Shown: positions 33,385 through 43,840, counted from the stretch's first letter. The stretch: DNA of 64,000 nucleotides from an uncultured Candidatus Rokubacteria bacterium (GCA_963754315.1 CAVWFS010000013.1:192765-256764); one strand, 5' to 3'. The notes: generated by a model from the letters alone, not told the origin. Numbers and translations are program-made.

Positions 33385-33892
33385 ATGAACAAGAAAGAGA
33401 TCAAGAGATCCAGCATCTACCGGTCGAATCCATTGACTGCCGTGATCGTGGGCGTCATAGCGACCGTCGTCACCTTGGCCGCATCATCATCACGGCCATC
33501 GAGCAAGACGGATGCTGGCCGGTGACAGCCAAGTGCGTCGGCTCCTGGATTCTCTTCGCCGCCAGCATCACCATCCTCGGCCTCACGTGGCGGAGCATGT
33601 ACCGGACGTGGCGCGCTCGCAACGTGCTGGCGACGAAGGCCTCGGAGTCGAGCTTGGAGGCCGTCAGCCGACGCGCCCCGCCTCCTGCGGCGCACCTCGC
33701 CGGCCCCGACACTGTTTACACATGGAAACACGCCACGTGCCTCGATCGGATTGCGCTCGCGGCGCCCTCGATCCGGTGCTCGTCCACGTGTGCTGCTACT
33801 GCGGCCACGAGCGCGTCGATTCCCTCCTGCGTCGCCCGCGCAAGCGTCGGCCGCCACTCTGCCAGGATCGCGCACAAGTGGGGCCCCAATAG
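33385..33892 (+). CDS. Hypothetical 2-TM protein with Cys/His-rich C-terminus (frameshifted)
   Basis: RBS AAAGGAG; TM1 LTAVIVGVIATVVTL, TM2 SWILFAASITILGL and a tail HCLH...CCYCGHE lie in successive frames. Confidence 0.5.
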
Positions 33893-33924
33893 AGCAGAGG
33901 AGACTCGATAGCTACCGCGTGACC

Positions 33925-34923
33925 CTAGCGCACCGCGATGGGGCTACCGGGCGAGCCGGTGGCTCCCTTCAGCGGGACCGGGACGAAGATGTAGGCGAAC
34001 TCGTACGCCCCATCCCGGAGCAGCTCGGACAAGTCAAGATTCTCGTGCAAGAAGATCCCGTTCTTGGTGATCATTTCTTGATGAACAATGCCGCGCACGT
34101 TGGGATCTGGGTTCGGGTTGACTTCTACCGGCCAGGTGTCCGACCCGACCAAAGCGATCTGCTTTTCGGCCAGCCACTTGGCCGCCGCCAGGCCGATCCC
34201 CGGCGCCCCGCTGTCGAAGCGCGCGTTATCCTTCATCCACAGCGTCCCCCAGCCGGTATTGATCAGAACGGCATCGCCTTGCTTCAAGTCTGACAACCCC
34301 TGCTTGGCCATGGCGCCCTGGAGATCGGCGGTGGTGATCTCCTCTCCCTTATCGAGCATCCGGCCCTTGTAGCCGGCGATATCGAGGAGAACACCGCGAG
34401 TGAAGATCGGCTTCAGCTTTTCGATGCCGAGTTTCTTGAGGCCGTAGGGCGAGCTGATCTCGGCGGCGGTGAGACCATTATAGAAGCGCATCGCGTTCTG
34501 ATCCCCCTCGTTGCCTACCAGAACGCCGATATGGCCCAGGCCGTCGAATTGCGTGCCCACCTGGCCGATCTCCGAGGTGACAAACTCATCGTTGAAGATC
34601 ATCTTGTTGGTCCCGAAGGGGCCCCCGGTCGGCACGGTCGGGATCGTGAGCTTGTACGTCCGCTGGCCCCGCAGCGGCATACCCGCCTCGTACACGCGAC
34701 CCACGCGATAGACCTTGCCGGTCTTGATGAGCTTCACCGCTTCCACAACCTTCTCGGGGGTCATCCAGTTGGACGCCCCCGCTTCATCGTTACTGCCCCA
34801 TCGCGATGGCCACCACTGAGGGCCAACCGGTGTCATCACCTGGGCCCAGGCATAGGCTCCGCCGCTTCCCGTCACAAACATCGCCACCACGAGCGCACTG
34901 ATGACTGTCCCCAATCGGCTCAT
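33925..34923 (-). CDS. Exported cyclase-family protein (paralog of 8550-9509)
   Basis: Signal peptide; WGSNDEAG, GQVGTQFDGLGHIG, ENLDL, GATGSPG. Confidence 0.85.
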   Translation of the reverse strand: MSRLGTVISALVVAMFVTGSGGAYAWAQVMTPVGPQWWPSRWGSNDEAGASNWMTPEKVVEAVKLIKTGKVYRVGRVYEAGMPLRGQRTYKLTIPTVPTGGPFGTNKMIFNDEFVTSEIGQVGTQFDGLGHIGVLVGNEGDQNAMRFYNGLTAAEISSPYGLKKLGIEKLKPIFTRGVLLDIAGYKGRMLDKGEEITTADLQGAMAKQGLSDLKQGDAVLINTGWGTLWMKDNARFDSGAPGIGLAAAKWLAEKQIALVGSDTWPVEVNPNPDPNVRGIVHQEMITKNGIFLHENLDLSELLRDGAYEFAYIFVPVPLKGATGSPGSPIAVR

Positions 34924-35002
34924 AGTGATGCCTCCCCTTGCCTGCCTGCGTGGTCCACTCACTGCCAGACCCGTCACCCATCGAGTACCGATACGGACTC
35001 CC

Positions 35003-36064
35003 TCACCTCCTCTCATTCGAAGGCTGAAAGGCGGGGATGATTTCCCGCGAAGCCACCTCGATCAGCTCCCACGGAATCCGGTAGGTCAGGTAGTGCCGGA
35101 GGAAGACTTGGCTGACGCCGAGGGCCGCCAGCTCTCGAATTCGCGCCACGCACTCCGTGGCCGACCCCACCAGACAGAGCTTCTCGACGGCCTCGTCGGC
35201 AACGTACCGCTTGGCCTCGACCATCGCGTCGTCATGATCGGCGGCGTGGCTGATGTCGGGAAAGACCGGACGCGCGGGCTGGCGCTGGCTCACCCGCACC
35301 CCGCTGATTTCGACCAGCTCGGGCGCCACCGCATAGAACCAGGCGGTGAGCGGCCGGGCACGATCGATGGCGAGGCGTCGGTCGTCGCCCACCGCGGCGA
35401 AAGTCGAGCACACGATGTCGATTCGCGCCGGATCCCGCCCAGCTCGCACCGCCCCCCGGCGGATGTGGTCGAGAGCCCACTCGACGCACGCCCGGTGGAT
35501 CCCGACCTGGATGATCACGCCGTCGGCCAGCTCGCCGGCTAGCTCCAGCATCCTGGGCCCGGTGGCGGCGACGTAGATAGGTACGGCCCGGCGAGGCTTC
35601 TCGAGCTGAAACCGGCGCTCCCCGAGCTGTACCGCTTCGCCGGCGAGGATCGCGCGCAGGATGCCGATCGTCTCCCGCAGCCGGGCCCTGCGGTCGCCGT
35701 GGGTGCCTTGAGCATCGGCGGCGGCCAGCCCGACCGTCCGCATGGCCGAGTCCCCCGAGCCGATCCCGAGGATTGTCCGTCCCTCGGCGATCTCGTCAAG
35801 GGTGAGGGCGGCGCAGGCGGTGGCGAGAGGATGCCGGCTGACCGCGTTGGTGACGGCGACGCCAAGACGGACGCGTGTGGTCGTCCCCGCGCAGGCTCCC
35901 AGGGTCAGATACGGATCCAGGAGGCGGCCAGCGAGAAACGGCGAGTCGAGCGTCCACACGTGGCTGAAGCCGCCTGCCTCCGCCGCTCCGGCGGCCCGGG
36001 CCACCTCGCGAACGGCCTCGCAGGGCGGGATGCGGATGCCGAACGAGATCCTCGCGTCAGCCAC
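35003..36064 (-). CDS. LLM-class oxidoreductase, Mer-like subgroup
   Basis: VWTLDS, GVAVTN, LGIGSGD, VPIYVAATGPRMLELAGELADG. Confidence 0.85.
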   Translation of the reverse strand: MADARISFGIRIPPCEAVREVARAAGAAEAGGFSHVWTLDSPFLAGRLLDPYLTLGACAGTTTRVRLGVAVTNAVSRHPLATACAALTLDEIAEGRTILGIGSGDSAMRTVGLAAADAQGTHGDRRARLRETIGILRAILAGEAVQLGERRFQLEKPRRAVPIYVAATGPRMLELAGELADGVIIQVGIHRACVEWALDHIRRGAVRAGRDPARIDIVCSTFAAVGDDRRLAIDRARPLTAWFYAVAPELVEISGVRVSQRQPARPVFPDISHAADHDDAMVEAKRYVADEAVEKLCLVGSATECVARIRELAALGVSQVFLRHYLTYRIPWELIEVASREIIPAFQPSNERR

Positions 36065-36067
36065 GTC

Positions 36068-36607
36068 TCAGGCCGGCGTGCCGACGAGAAGCACGCGGTC
36101 GACCCCGTCCACTTCCTCGAGCTGGACACGCACCTTTTGTTCTCGTGTGGTCGCGACCTCGCGGCCCACGAAGTCAGCGCGGATTGGCAGCTCGCGGCAG
36201 CCGCGATCGACGAGGACGGCGAGGGCGATCACACTGGGCCGGCCGAGCGCCATCACCGCGTCGATGGCGGCCCGAACGCTCCGCCCCGTATAGAGCACGT
36301 CGTCGACCAGCACGATCGGGCGGCCGCCCGGGTCGAAGTCGATCTGGCTGCCCTTGACCTTGATCTGCTCCTGGAGCGCATCGAAGTCGTCTCGGTGGAC
36401 GGTGATGTCGAGGGCGCCGACGGCGATCCGCATGGTCAGCGCGGGCTCGAGGGCGGCGGCGAGCCGCCGGGCCAGGTACTCGCCGCGGGTCCGGATGCCG
36501 ATGAGGCCGAGCCCGGTGGCGTTCCGGAAGCGGTCCGCGATGCTCGTGCGGATCTGGTCGAGCGCCTCGGCGAGGCTTCGGCCGTCCATGATCACTTCCT
36601 CGGTCAT
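36068..36607 (-). CDS. pyrR: PyrR, pyr regulator/uracil phosphoribosyltransferase
   Basis: GIRTRG, LDIT.HRDD, VLVDDVLYTGRSVRAA, VLVDRGCRELPIRADFVG. Confidence 0.9.
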   Translation of the reverse strand: MTEEVIMDGRSLAEALDQIRTSIADRFRNATGLGLIGIRTRGEYLARRLAAALEPALTMRIAVGALDITVHRDDFDALQEQIKVKGSQIDFDPGGRPIVLVDDVLYTGRSVRAAIDAVMALGRPSVIALAVLVDRGCRELPIRADFVGREVATTREQKVRVQLEEVDGVDRVLLVGTPA

Positions 36608-37891
36608 CGTGTCACCGCTCCCGCCTTCCCCGCTCGCGTCGCCAGGCGCACCGTCGCCTCGAGGAGAACCTGGGCGCCGGCCACGATGTCGGGCAGGCTC
36701 GTCCACTCCCGAGGGTTGTGGCTGATGCCTTCGTCGCTGGGAACGAAGAGCATACCGGCTCTTGTGATGGCCGCCATCTGCATCGCGTCGTGGCCGGCGC
36801 CGCTGTCCATGAGCCGCCAGGCCAGCCGCTGGGCGGCGCACACGTCGGCCAAGACCTCGGTGGTGCCCGCGTCCAGGACGACAGGGGGATCGTCCATCAA
36901 GGTGTCGATCGAGCAGGTGAGGCCACGCTCGGCGGCCAGGGCGCGGGCCCGGGCAAGTACGGCATCACGACACGCGGTCCTGGCCTCGAGCCCGATGGAG
37001 CGGAGATCGATCCACAGGGTCGCTTCGCCAGGGATGACGTTGATGGCGCCTGGCCGGACGTCGAGCATCCCGACCGTGCCCACGACCGGCACCGGCCCCG
37101 GCGCTCGGCAGACCTCCTCCACGTACGTCACCAGGTGGGCGGCGGCGGCCAGCGCGTCCTTGCGAAGGTCCATCGGTGTCGCGCCCGAGTGGTCGGCCCG
37201 TCCCTGGTACCGGATCTTGAGCCGGCAGGGCGCGGCGATGGCTCGGACTACCCCGACCTGCTCGCCCGCTTCCTTCAGGATGCGGCCCTGCTCGATGTGG
37301 AGCTCCAGGTAGTGCCCAACTTCGCCCGGTAATCGACGGGCGGCCGCCACGTCGTCGCGGGTCAGACCCGACCGCGCCAAGATCTCCGAGAGCCGATGCC
37401 CGGTGCGATCGGTGAGGCCGAGGAGGCGGTCGGGCTCGACGGTGCCGGCCATTGCCGAGCTGCCGATCGTCGAGACGCCAAATCGACTCGACTCCTCGGC
37501 GACGAACACCAGGACCTCCAGCGGATGCGCCAGTCGTGTCCCTGCCTCCTTGATCGTGCGGACGACCTCGAGAGCGGCGATCACCCCCATCGCTCCGTCG
37601 AAGCGGCCACCGCGGGGCACAGAGTCGACGTGGGAACCCATCGCCACCGCAGCCGCACCCGTCACATCGCCCTCGACTCGCGCGATGAGATTGCCGATGC
37701 CGTCCAGACGAACGGAAATGCCGGCCCGCTGGCACAGGTGCATGACGTACTGGCGAGCGCGCAGCTCGGCGGGCGAAAAGGCCAGGCGCGTCACCGACCC
37801 GTCCTCGTGCAGGCCGATCCGTGAAAGCCCAGCGAGGTCCTCGGTGAGGCGTTCGGGATTGATTCTGCAGCGCGGCCGCCGTCCCGCTCAC
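36604..37891 (-). CDS. M20 Zn amidohydrolase (allantoate amidohydrolase / beta-ureidopropionase family)
   Basis: GSHVDSV, FDGAMG, EESSRF, ELHIEQG, HSGATPM, SGAGHDA, SHNP. The N-terminus (INPERL...) joins the GTG at 37891 only via one indel. Confidence 0.9.
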
Positions 37892-39234
37892 GATGGCCGC
37901 AAGAAGGCACCGATCCCGGGGGCGCCGACCACGGTGCCCGCCCGCGCGGCAACAGTGCCCGCCACCAGGGTGAGCAGGGGCCGGCCCACGCAGGGGACGC
38001 CCTCGAACGGCGTGAGCTTCACCTTGTTCTCCATGTCGGCGGCGCGCACGGTGTGGTGCTCCTCCAGGTCGACCAGAACGAGGTCGGCGTCGCTGCCGAC
38101 GGCGATCACCCCCTTGCGAGGGTAGAGGCCGTAGCACCGCGCCGGGGCCTCGGCCATGAGGCGGACGAGGTCGGTGAGCCCGAGGCGCCCGCGCGCCACC
38201 TGGGTGAGCATCAACGGAAGTGCCCACTGAATGGTGGACGCGCCGGAGGCGTTGTCCCAGATGACCGGCCGGGTCTTTTCCTCGAGGGTGTGAGGGGCGT
38301 GGTCGGTGGCGATGAAGTCGATCGTCCCGTCCCCGAGCCCGTCCCACAACGCCTCCACATCCTCGAGGCCGCGCAGCGGAGGGTTCATCTTGCTGGCGGG
38401 ACCGATCCGCTCCATGTCGGCCGCGGTCAGCAGAAGATGGTGTGGGCACGTCTCGGCCGTGACACGGACACCATCGCCTTTGGCGCGACGGACCAGAGCG
38501 ACGCCCTCTCCGCTGCTCAGGTGCACGACATGGAGCGCGACACCGGTTGCCCGGGCGAAGAGGATCATCCGCTGGATGCTCTCGACCTCGGCCAGCACGG
38601 GGCGAGCCTCGGCGTGGGCGAGCGGATCTGTCCGGCCGGCGGCCCGGAGCCGCGCGATGGCCGAGGTGACGAGATGGTGATTCTCGGCGTGCACGGCGAA
38701 GGGGCGCCCGGTCGCCCTCACCCTTCCGAGCACCTCGAGCATGTCACCATCGTCCGGACATGAGAGATCGCCGGTGGACGGTCCGAGAAAGACCTTGTAG
38801 GCGATGGCGCCCGCTTCGGCCAGCTCCTCGATGCGATCCTGGTTGTTCGCGGTGATGGCGGCAAAGAGCCCGTAGTGCGCGAGCGACCGGCCGGCCAGGT
38901 GCCTCACCTTCGCCGAGAGGAGGGCGCCTGTCTCGACCGGCGGCAAGGTGTTGGGCATGTCGAGGACCGTGGTGACGCCGCCGCGCACCGCTGCCCGGCT
39001 CCCCGTCGTGAAATCTTCCTTGTCGGTCAGCCCCGGATCCCGGAAGTGCACGTGCGCGTCGACGAGACCGGGCAGGAGGTGATGACCGCCGGCGTCGATC
39101 GTGTCGCGCGCGATGGGCAGCGAGGTGTCGTGCGCGATGGCGACGATCCGGCCCGAGGCGATGGCCACGCCGCCGTGGACCACACCCTGCGGGGTGAGGA
39201 CGCGAGCGTTGGTGATGCGAAGATCCGCGTGCAC
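37888..39234 (-). CDS. Cyclic amidohydrolase (allantoinase / dihydroorotase / dihydropyrimidinase family)
   Basis: DAHVHFRDPG, DMPNT, HAEN, ETCPHHL, KMNPPLR, ATDHAPH. Confidence 0.9.
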   Translation of the reverse strand: MHADLRITNARVLTPQGVVHGGVAIASGRIVAIAHDTSLPIARDTIDAGGHHLLPGLVDAHVHFRDPGLTDKEDFTTGSRAAVRGGVTTVLDMPNTLPPVETGALLSAKVRHLAGRSLAHYGLFAAITANNQDRIEELAEAGAIAYKVFLGPSTGDLSCPDDGDMLEVLGRVRATGRPFAVHAENHHLVTSAIARLRAAGRTDPLAHAEARPVLAEVESIQRMILFARATGVALHVVHLSSGEGVALVRRAKGDGVRVTAETCPHHLLLTAADMERIGPASKMNPPLRGLEDVEALWDGLGDGTIDFIATDHAPHTLEEKTRPVIWDNASGASTIQWALPLMLTQVARGRLGLTDLVRLMAEAPARCYGLYPRKGVIAVGSDADLVLVDLEEHHTVRAADMENKVKLTPFEGVPCVGRPLLTLVAGTVAARAGTVVGAPGIGAFLRPS

Positions 39235-39406
39235 GGCTCAGTCGTCCCGCAGAATGGCGCGATTCTGCGCAGGGCGGCGCGATGATGTCAAGGCGGGTCG
39301 CTTGCGGAGCCTGTCGCCTACGTGCTTTAATCAGACCGATAATTCCCTCACGTGCGTGATCTGTTCCGGTGAATCCTTCACCGACGGCTCCGGGTGGCGA
39401 TCGGTC

Positions 39407-40555
39407 ATGTCGATCCTCGAAAGGCAAGCGGCCCGCAGAGGCCAAGCCGAGCAGGCGGTGGCGATGACCGGTGCCCGCGGGCACACCCTCGACATCGACT
39501 CGGTCACGCATCGCTACGGACCGATCGCCGCCGTCGCCGAGGTGTCGCTGGCCGTGCGCACGGGCGAGATCGTGGCCCTGCTGGGTCCCTCGGGCTGCGG
39601 CAAGACGACGCTGCTCCGGGTCGTCGCCGGGTTCGTTCGCCAGAGCGCCGGCTCGGTGCGCATCGACGGCAGGCCCATCGACCACCTGGCCGCCAACATG
39701 CGCAACGTCGGCATGGTCTTCCAGAACTACGCCCTCTTTCCACACATGACGGTGACCCAGAACGTCGCCTACGGACTGCAAGCGCGGGGCCGGCCGCGCG
39801 AAGAAGTGCGTCGCACCGTCGACCGTTTTCTGGAGGTGGTGCGTCTCACCGAGTTCCGCGACCGCCTGCCACGGCAGCTCTCCGGTGGTCAACAACAGCG
39901 CGTTGCCGTCGCCCGGGCCCTCGTCGTGGAGCCTACGGTGCTCTTGCTCGACGAGCCATTCAGCGCCCTCGACAAGAGCCTGCGTCTGGACATGCAAATC
40001 GAGATCAAGCGGCTGCAGCGTCAGTTCGGGCTCACCGTGATCCTGGTCACGCACGATCAGGATGAGGCCATGAGCGTCGCCGACCGCATCGCGGTGATGA
40101 ACCACGGCCGCGTCGAGCAGTTCGACACGCCCATCAACGTCTACGACCGGCCGGCCACGCTCTTCGTGAGCGGGTTCATCGGCACCACGAATCTCCTGGC
40201 CGGGCGGGTGCTCGAATCGTCGAACGGTAGGACCCTGGTCGAGCTCGAGGCCGGCGCTCGCCTGGCTGTTCCGACCGATCGCGCCTTCGCCGCGGGAACG
40301 CCCGTCGTGCTCTCGGTCCGGCCTGAACAGGTCTGCCTCCACGCGGAGTCCGCACCGGGGCGGTGGTCCGTGCGACGACGCTTGGCGCTGCCTCTTGGAT
40401 CGAACACCATGCACGATCTGCAGACTCGCGACGGCGCCACGCTGAAGCTCGTCGAGCCCCGGATCGGCGTGCCCGAAGAGATGACCGCCGAGGCCTGGTG
40501 CGGCTTGCGCCCGGAGGCGCAGCCCACTCTCTTCGATCGTGCGACTTCGACGTAA
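39407..40555 (+). CDS. PotA-type ABC ATP-binding protein
   Basis: [23 protein letters not shown]. Confidence 0.9.
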   Translation: MSILERQAARRGQAEQAVAMTGARGHTLDIDSVTHRYGPIAAVAEVSLAVRTGEIVALLGPSGCGKTTLLRVVAGFVRQSAGSVRIDGRPIDHLAANMRNVGMVFQNYALFPHMTVTQNVAYGLQARGRPREEVRRTVDRFLEVVRLTEFRDRLPRQLSGGQQQRVAVARALVVEPTVLLLDEPFSALDKSLRLDMQIEIKRLQRQFGLTVILVTHDQDEAMSVADRIAVMNHGRVEQFDTPINVYDRPATLFVSGFIGTTNLLAGRVLESSNGRTLVELEAGARLAVPTDRAFAAGTPVVLSVRPEQVCLHAESAPGRWSVRRRLALPLGSNTMHDLQTRDGATLKLVEPRIGVPEEMTAEAWCGLRPEAQPTLFDRATST

Positions 40556-40567
40556 AAAGGAGGAGAT

Positions 40568-41599
40568 ATGACTCCCATCCGTCTCACCCGACGTCAATTT
40601 CTCATCAGCGCGGCGGCAACCTCCGGGGCGACCATGCTCGGCCGACCCGCGCATGCCAAGGGTTCTGTCACGGCCGCCATGTATCCCGGAACCTGGGAAG
40701 ATGCCTTCCGGGCGCACGTGGTCCCGATGCTCAAGAAGACCCACGATGTCGACCTCGAGATGACCCCGCTCTTTGCGGTGGATCAGATCGCCAAGGCGCA
40801 GGCCGCGCGCGGTGCGCCGCCGTTCGATGCTTTCGTGCTCGACCCGGGCCCGCGCGTCACCGGGATCGATCGCGGGCTCTTCGACAAGTTCGACGCGAAA
40901 CGGCTCACCAATCTCGCCAAGCTGCCGGCAGGCGCGACCGACGAATCGGGCGTCACCGTAGCCGCCCAGGTCGTCGGCATCGGTTACAACCCCAAGAAAC
41001 TGCCGCGGCCGAAGAGCTGGACCGATCTCTTGAAGGACCCCTGGGTGTCGAGTCTGGGCATGACCGGCTTCCAGACGACCTACGGTACCGTGTCCATCAT
41101 CGAGATCGCCAAGCAGTTCGGCGGCTCGGAGACGAACGTCGAGCCATTCTTCGTCGAGATCAAGAAGGTGCTGTCCAAGGTCGCGGCCATCGGAGCGCCG
41201 GCGTCGATGCCAAGCCTAATCCAGCAGGGGCAGTGCGACATCACCTACACCAACACCCAGACCGTCGCCACCCTGCGCGGGCGTGGCGTTGACATCGAGT
41301 TCGTCAAGCCGGAGAGCGGCGCGGTGGCGTTCTTCACGACCATGCACATAGCCAAGGGCTCCAAGGAGATCGACAACGCGTACAAGTACTTCGACACCGT
41401 GATCAGCGCGCCGGTGCAGTCCGCGCTGATGCAGCCACCGAACAACTTCATCCCGGTGAACCGCGACGTGAAGCTGGCCGCGTACCTTCCCATGGCTTCC
41501 CTCGACGAGATGGCGAAGTTCGTCCGGCACGACTGGTCGAAGATCAACCCGTTGCGCGCGGGCTGGATCGAGCGCTTCAACAAGGAGGTCGCGAAGTGA
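40568..41599 (+). CDS. ABC substrate-binding protein (Tat)
   Basis: TRRQFL Tat motif; RBS AGGAGGAG. Confidence 0.85.
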   Translation: MTPIRLTRRQFLISAAATSGATMLGRPAHAKGSVTAAMYPGTWEDAFRAHVVPMLKKTHDVDLEMTPLFAVDQIAKAQAARGAPPFDAFVLDPGPRVTGIDRGLFDKFDAKRLTNLAKLPAGATDESGVTVAAQVVGIGYNPKKLPRPKSWTDLLKDPWVSSLGMTGFQTTYGTVSIIEIAKQFGGSETNVEPFFVEIKKVLSKVAAIGAPASMPSLIQQGQCDITYTNTQTVATLRGRGVDIEFVKPESGAVAFFTTMHIAKGSKEIDNAYKYFDTVISAPVQSALMQPPNNFIPVNRDVKLAAYLPMASLDEMAKFVRHDWSKINPLRAGWIERFNKEVAK

Positions 41600-42486
41600 C
41601 GGCGCCGGCCGCCACGGCGGGGGTGTCCTCCCCCTGGCGGCCGCCCGCGGTGATGCGGCCGGCCGAGTGGCAGCTGGCGCTGCCCCTCGCCGTGGCCTAT
41701 GCCGCGTTCTTTCTGGTGCCCCTCGTGCTCTTGATCGTGGTGAGCGCGTTCGACGACGAGAAGATCACCACCGTCGGCTTCGCTCAGTGGAGGAAGTTCC
41801 TCGGCGATCCGTTCTACTGGAAGGTGATCCTCGACACCGTGAAGCTGGGGGTCTTCACCGTGGTCGCGACCGCGCTCATCGGCTATCCGCTGGCGCTCGT
41901 GTATCTGGGAGCGGGGCCACGCTGGCAGCGCGTGATCCTGTTCGTGGTGACCTTGCCGCTTCTCACCTCCGTCGTCGTCCGCACGTTCGCCTGGATCGTG
42001 ATCCTCGGCCGCGAAGGCGTGATCAACCAGAGCCTCTTGTGGCTCGGCCTGGCCCCGGCGCCACTGCGTCTGCTGCAGACCGAGCATGGTCTGGTCATCG
42101 CGCTGACCCAGATCGAGATGCCGCTCCTGCTCCTGCCGCTCTTGAGCGTGATGTCACGCATGGATCCGAATCTGCGCGACGCGTCAGCCGGGCTCGGCGC
42201 GTCGAAGTGGCGGACGCTCTTGCGGATCACCCTGCCCCTCAGCCTGCCGGGCCTGGTCGCCGGTTGCATGCTGGTGTTCGCGAGCTCCACCACCGCGTTC
42301 ATCTCGCAGTTCGTCATCGGCGGGAACCGGCTCGTCTATCTCCCGCTGCTCATATGGCAGCAGTCACTCGTGGTCTACAACTGGCCGCTGGCGGCGGTGG
42401 CCGCCCTGACCCTCCTCGTCTCCGTCGGCCTCGGGGTGGCCGCCATTGCCGCCGTCGGCCGCCGCCGTCGCGCCTACGCCTACTAG
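41596..42486 (+). CDS. ABC permease
   Basis: PLLTSVVVRTFAW, DASAGLGA. Confidence 0.9.
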   Translation: MTAPAATAGVSSPWRPPAVMRPAEWQLALPLAVAYAAFFLVPLVLLIVVSAFDDEKITTVGFAQWRKFLGDPFYWKVILDTVKLGVFTVVATALIGYPLALVYLGAGPRWQRVILFVVTLPLLTSVVVRTFAWIVILGREGVINQSLLWLGLAPAPLRLLQTEHGLVIALTQIEMPLLLLPLLSVMSRMDPNLRDASAGLGASKWRTLLRITLPLSLPGLVAGCMLVFASSTTAFISQFVIGGNRLVYLPLLIWQQSLVVYNWPLAAVAALTLLVSVGLGVAAIAAVGRRRRAYAY

Positions 42487-42488
42487 CC

Positions 42489-43343
42489 ATGGCCACACGG
42501 GCCGAGGCGGGCGCGGTCGTCTGGACGGCCCGACGACTGGCCAGCGACACTCTCTACTCCATCATCATCGGCCTCCTGGCCGGGGTGGGGTTTCTCATTC
42601 TCGTGGGACCGGTCATCATCGTGCTCCTGACCTCCTTCACCGAGGGGCGGTCGATCAAGTTCCCGCCGTCAGGGCTATCACTGCAGTGGTACCAGCTCCT
42701 GTTCGATCCGGGGCGTTCGCAGCAGATCCACCGCGCCGCCTTCAACAGCCTCCAGGTGGCGGCGGTGGCCACGGTGTTGGCGACTGCTCTGGCCACGCTC
42801 GCCTCGGTGGCCATTGCCCGCCGGTCCGGGAGGTGGGTACGGGCCCTCGACACGTTCTTCATGTCCCCCATGATCCTGCCGATGCTGGCCTTCGGGCTGG
42901 CCGCGCTCATGTACTTCACCTTCATGGGGTTTCGCCCCTCGTTGGAGCTGATCGTGATCGGCCACACCATCGTGGTGGCGCCGTTCGTCCTGCGCACGAC
43001 CTCGGCCAGCATGTCGCAGCTCGATCCCGCTCTGCTCGAGAGCTCCGCGAGCCTCGGCGCCAGCTGGTTCTATACGTTCCGTCGCGTCACCCTGCCGGTG
43101 ATCGCGCCGGGCATCGCGGCCGGCGCCTTTCTCGCCTTCATGGCTTCGCTGGACAACGTGCCGGTTTCGCTCTTTCTCGCCGGCCCGCGCAGCGATATGC
43201 TGCCCATCCGCATGTGGGGCATGATGGAGAGCACCCTGGACGTCCGCGTGGCCGCCGTCTCCGGCGTCCTGATCGGCACCGTGCTGATTCTCATGCTCGT
43301 CATGGAACGAGTGGTCGGTCTGACGCGGCGCTTGAGAGGTTGA
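42489..43343 (+). CDS. ABC permease
   Basis: FPPSGLSLQWY, ESSASLGA. Confidence 0.9.
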   Translation: MATRAEAGAVVWTARRLASDTLYSIIIGLLAGVGFLILVGPVIIVLLTSFTEGRSIKFPPSGLSLQWYQLLFDPGRSQQIHRAAFNSLQVAAVATVLATALATLASVAIARRSGRWVRALDTFFMSPMILPMLAFGLAALMYFTFMGFRPSLELIVIGHTIVVAPFVLRTTSASMSQLDPALLESSASLGASWFYTFRRVTLPVIAPGIAAGAFLAFMASLDNVPVSLFLAGPRSDMLPIRMWGMMESTLDVRVAAVSGVLIGTVLILMLVMERVVGLTRRLRG

Positions 43344-43360
43344 GCGCCTCAGGAGTGACA

Positions 43361-43840
43361 ATGCGCATCATCGCCCAGCCCCTGACCCTGAACGCCTTCG
43401 CGCCCTATGGCGACGTGCTGGCCCCGCCCGCCGATTTCGGTCGCGCCTACTTCGAGAAAGGGCTCCGGAGCGATCGGACCACAGCATGGCCAAGCCTCTC
43501 GGTGACCCACTCCAAGCCGCTCGCGAGCTTGCCGCTCGAGGCAACGGTGCTGGAGCGACACGAGTTCTCGTCGCAGAGCTTTCTGCCCCTCGATGTCTCG
43601 CGCTGGCTCGTGGTGGTGGCGCCGTCGGGCCCAGACGGTGGACCAGATCCGTCGAGGGCGATGGCGTTCCTCGCCGGACCAGGCCAGGGCGTGACCTATC
43701 ACATGGGCACGTGGCATCACCCCCTCACCGCGCTCGACCGTCCGGCGCGCTTCGCGGTGTTCATGTGGCGGGACGGGACGAGCGCGGACGAGGAATTCCG
43801 CACGCTCACGGCGCCGTTCACGGTCGCCCTTCCCGGCTGA
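43361..43840 (+). CDS. allA: Ureidoglycolate lyase
   Basis: FAPYGDV, LERHEFSSQSFLP, GQGVTYHMGTWHHP. Confidence 0.85.
   Translation: MRIIAQPLTLNAFAPYGDVLAPPADFGRAYFEKGLRSDRTTAWPSLSVTHSKPLASLPLEATVLERHEFSSQSFLPLDVSRWLVVVAPSGPDGGPDPSRAMAFLAGPGQGVTYHMGTWHHPLTALDRPARFAVFMWRDGTSADEEFRTLTAPFTVALPG

Noticed and set aside
29289..33892. Prophage or integrative element
   Set aside because: No integrase, terminase, capsid, tRNA target or att repeats are visible.
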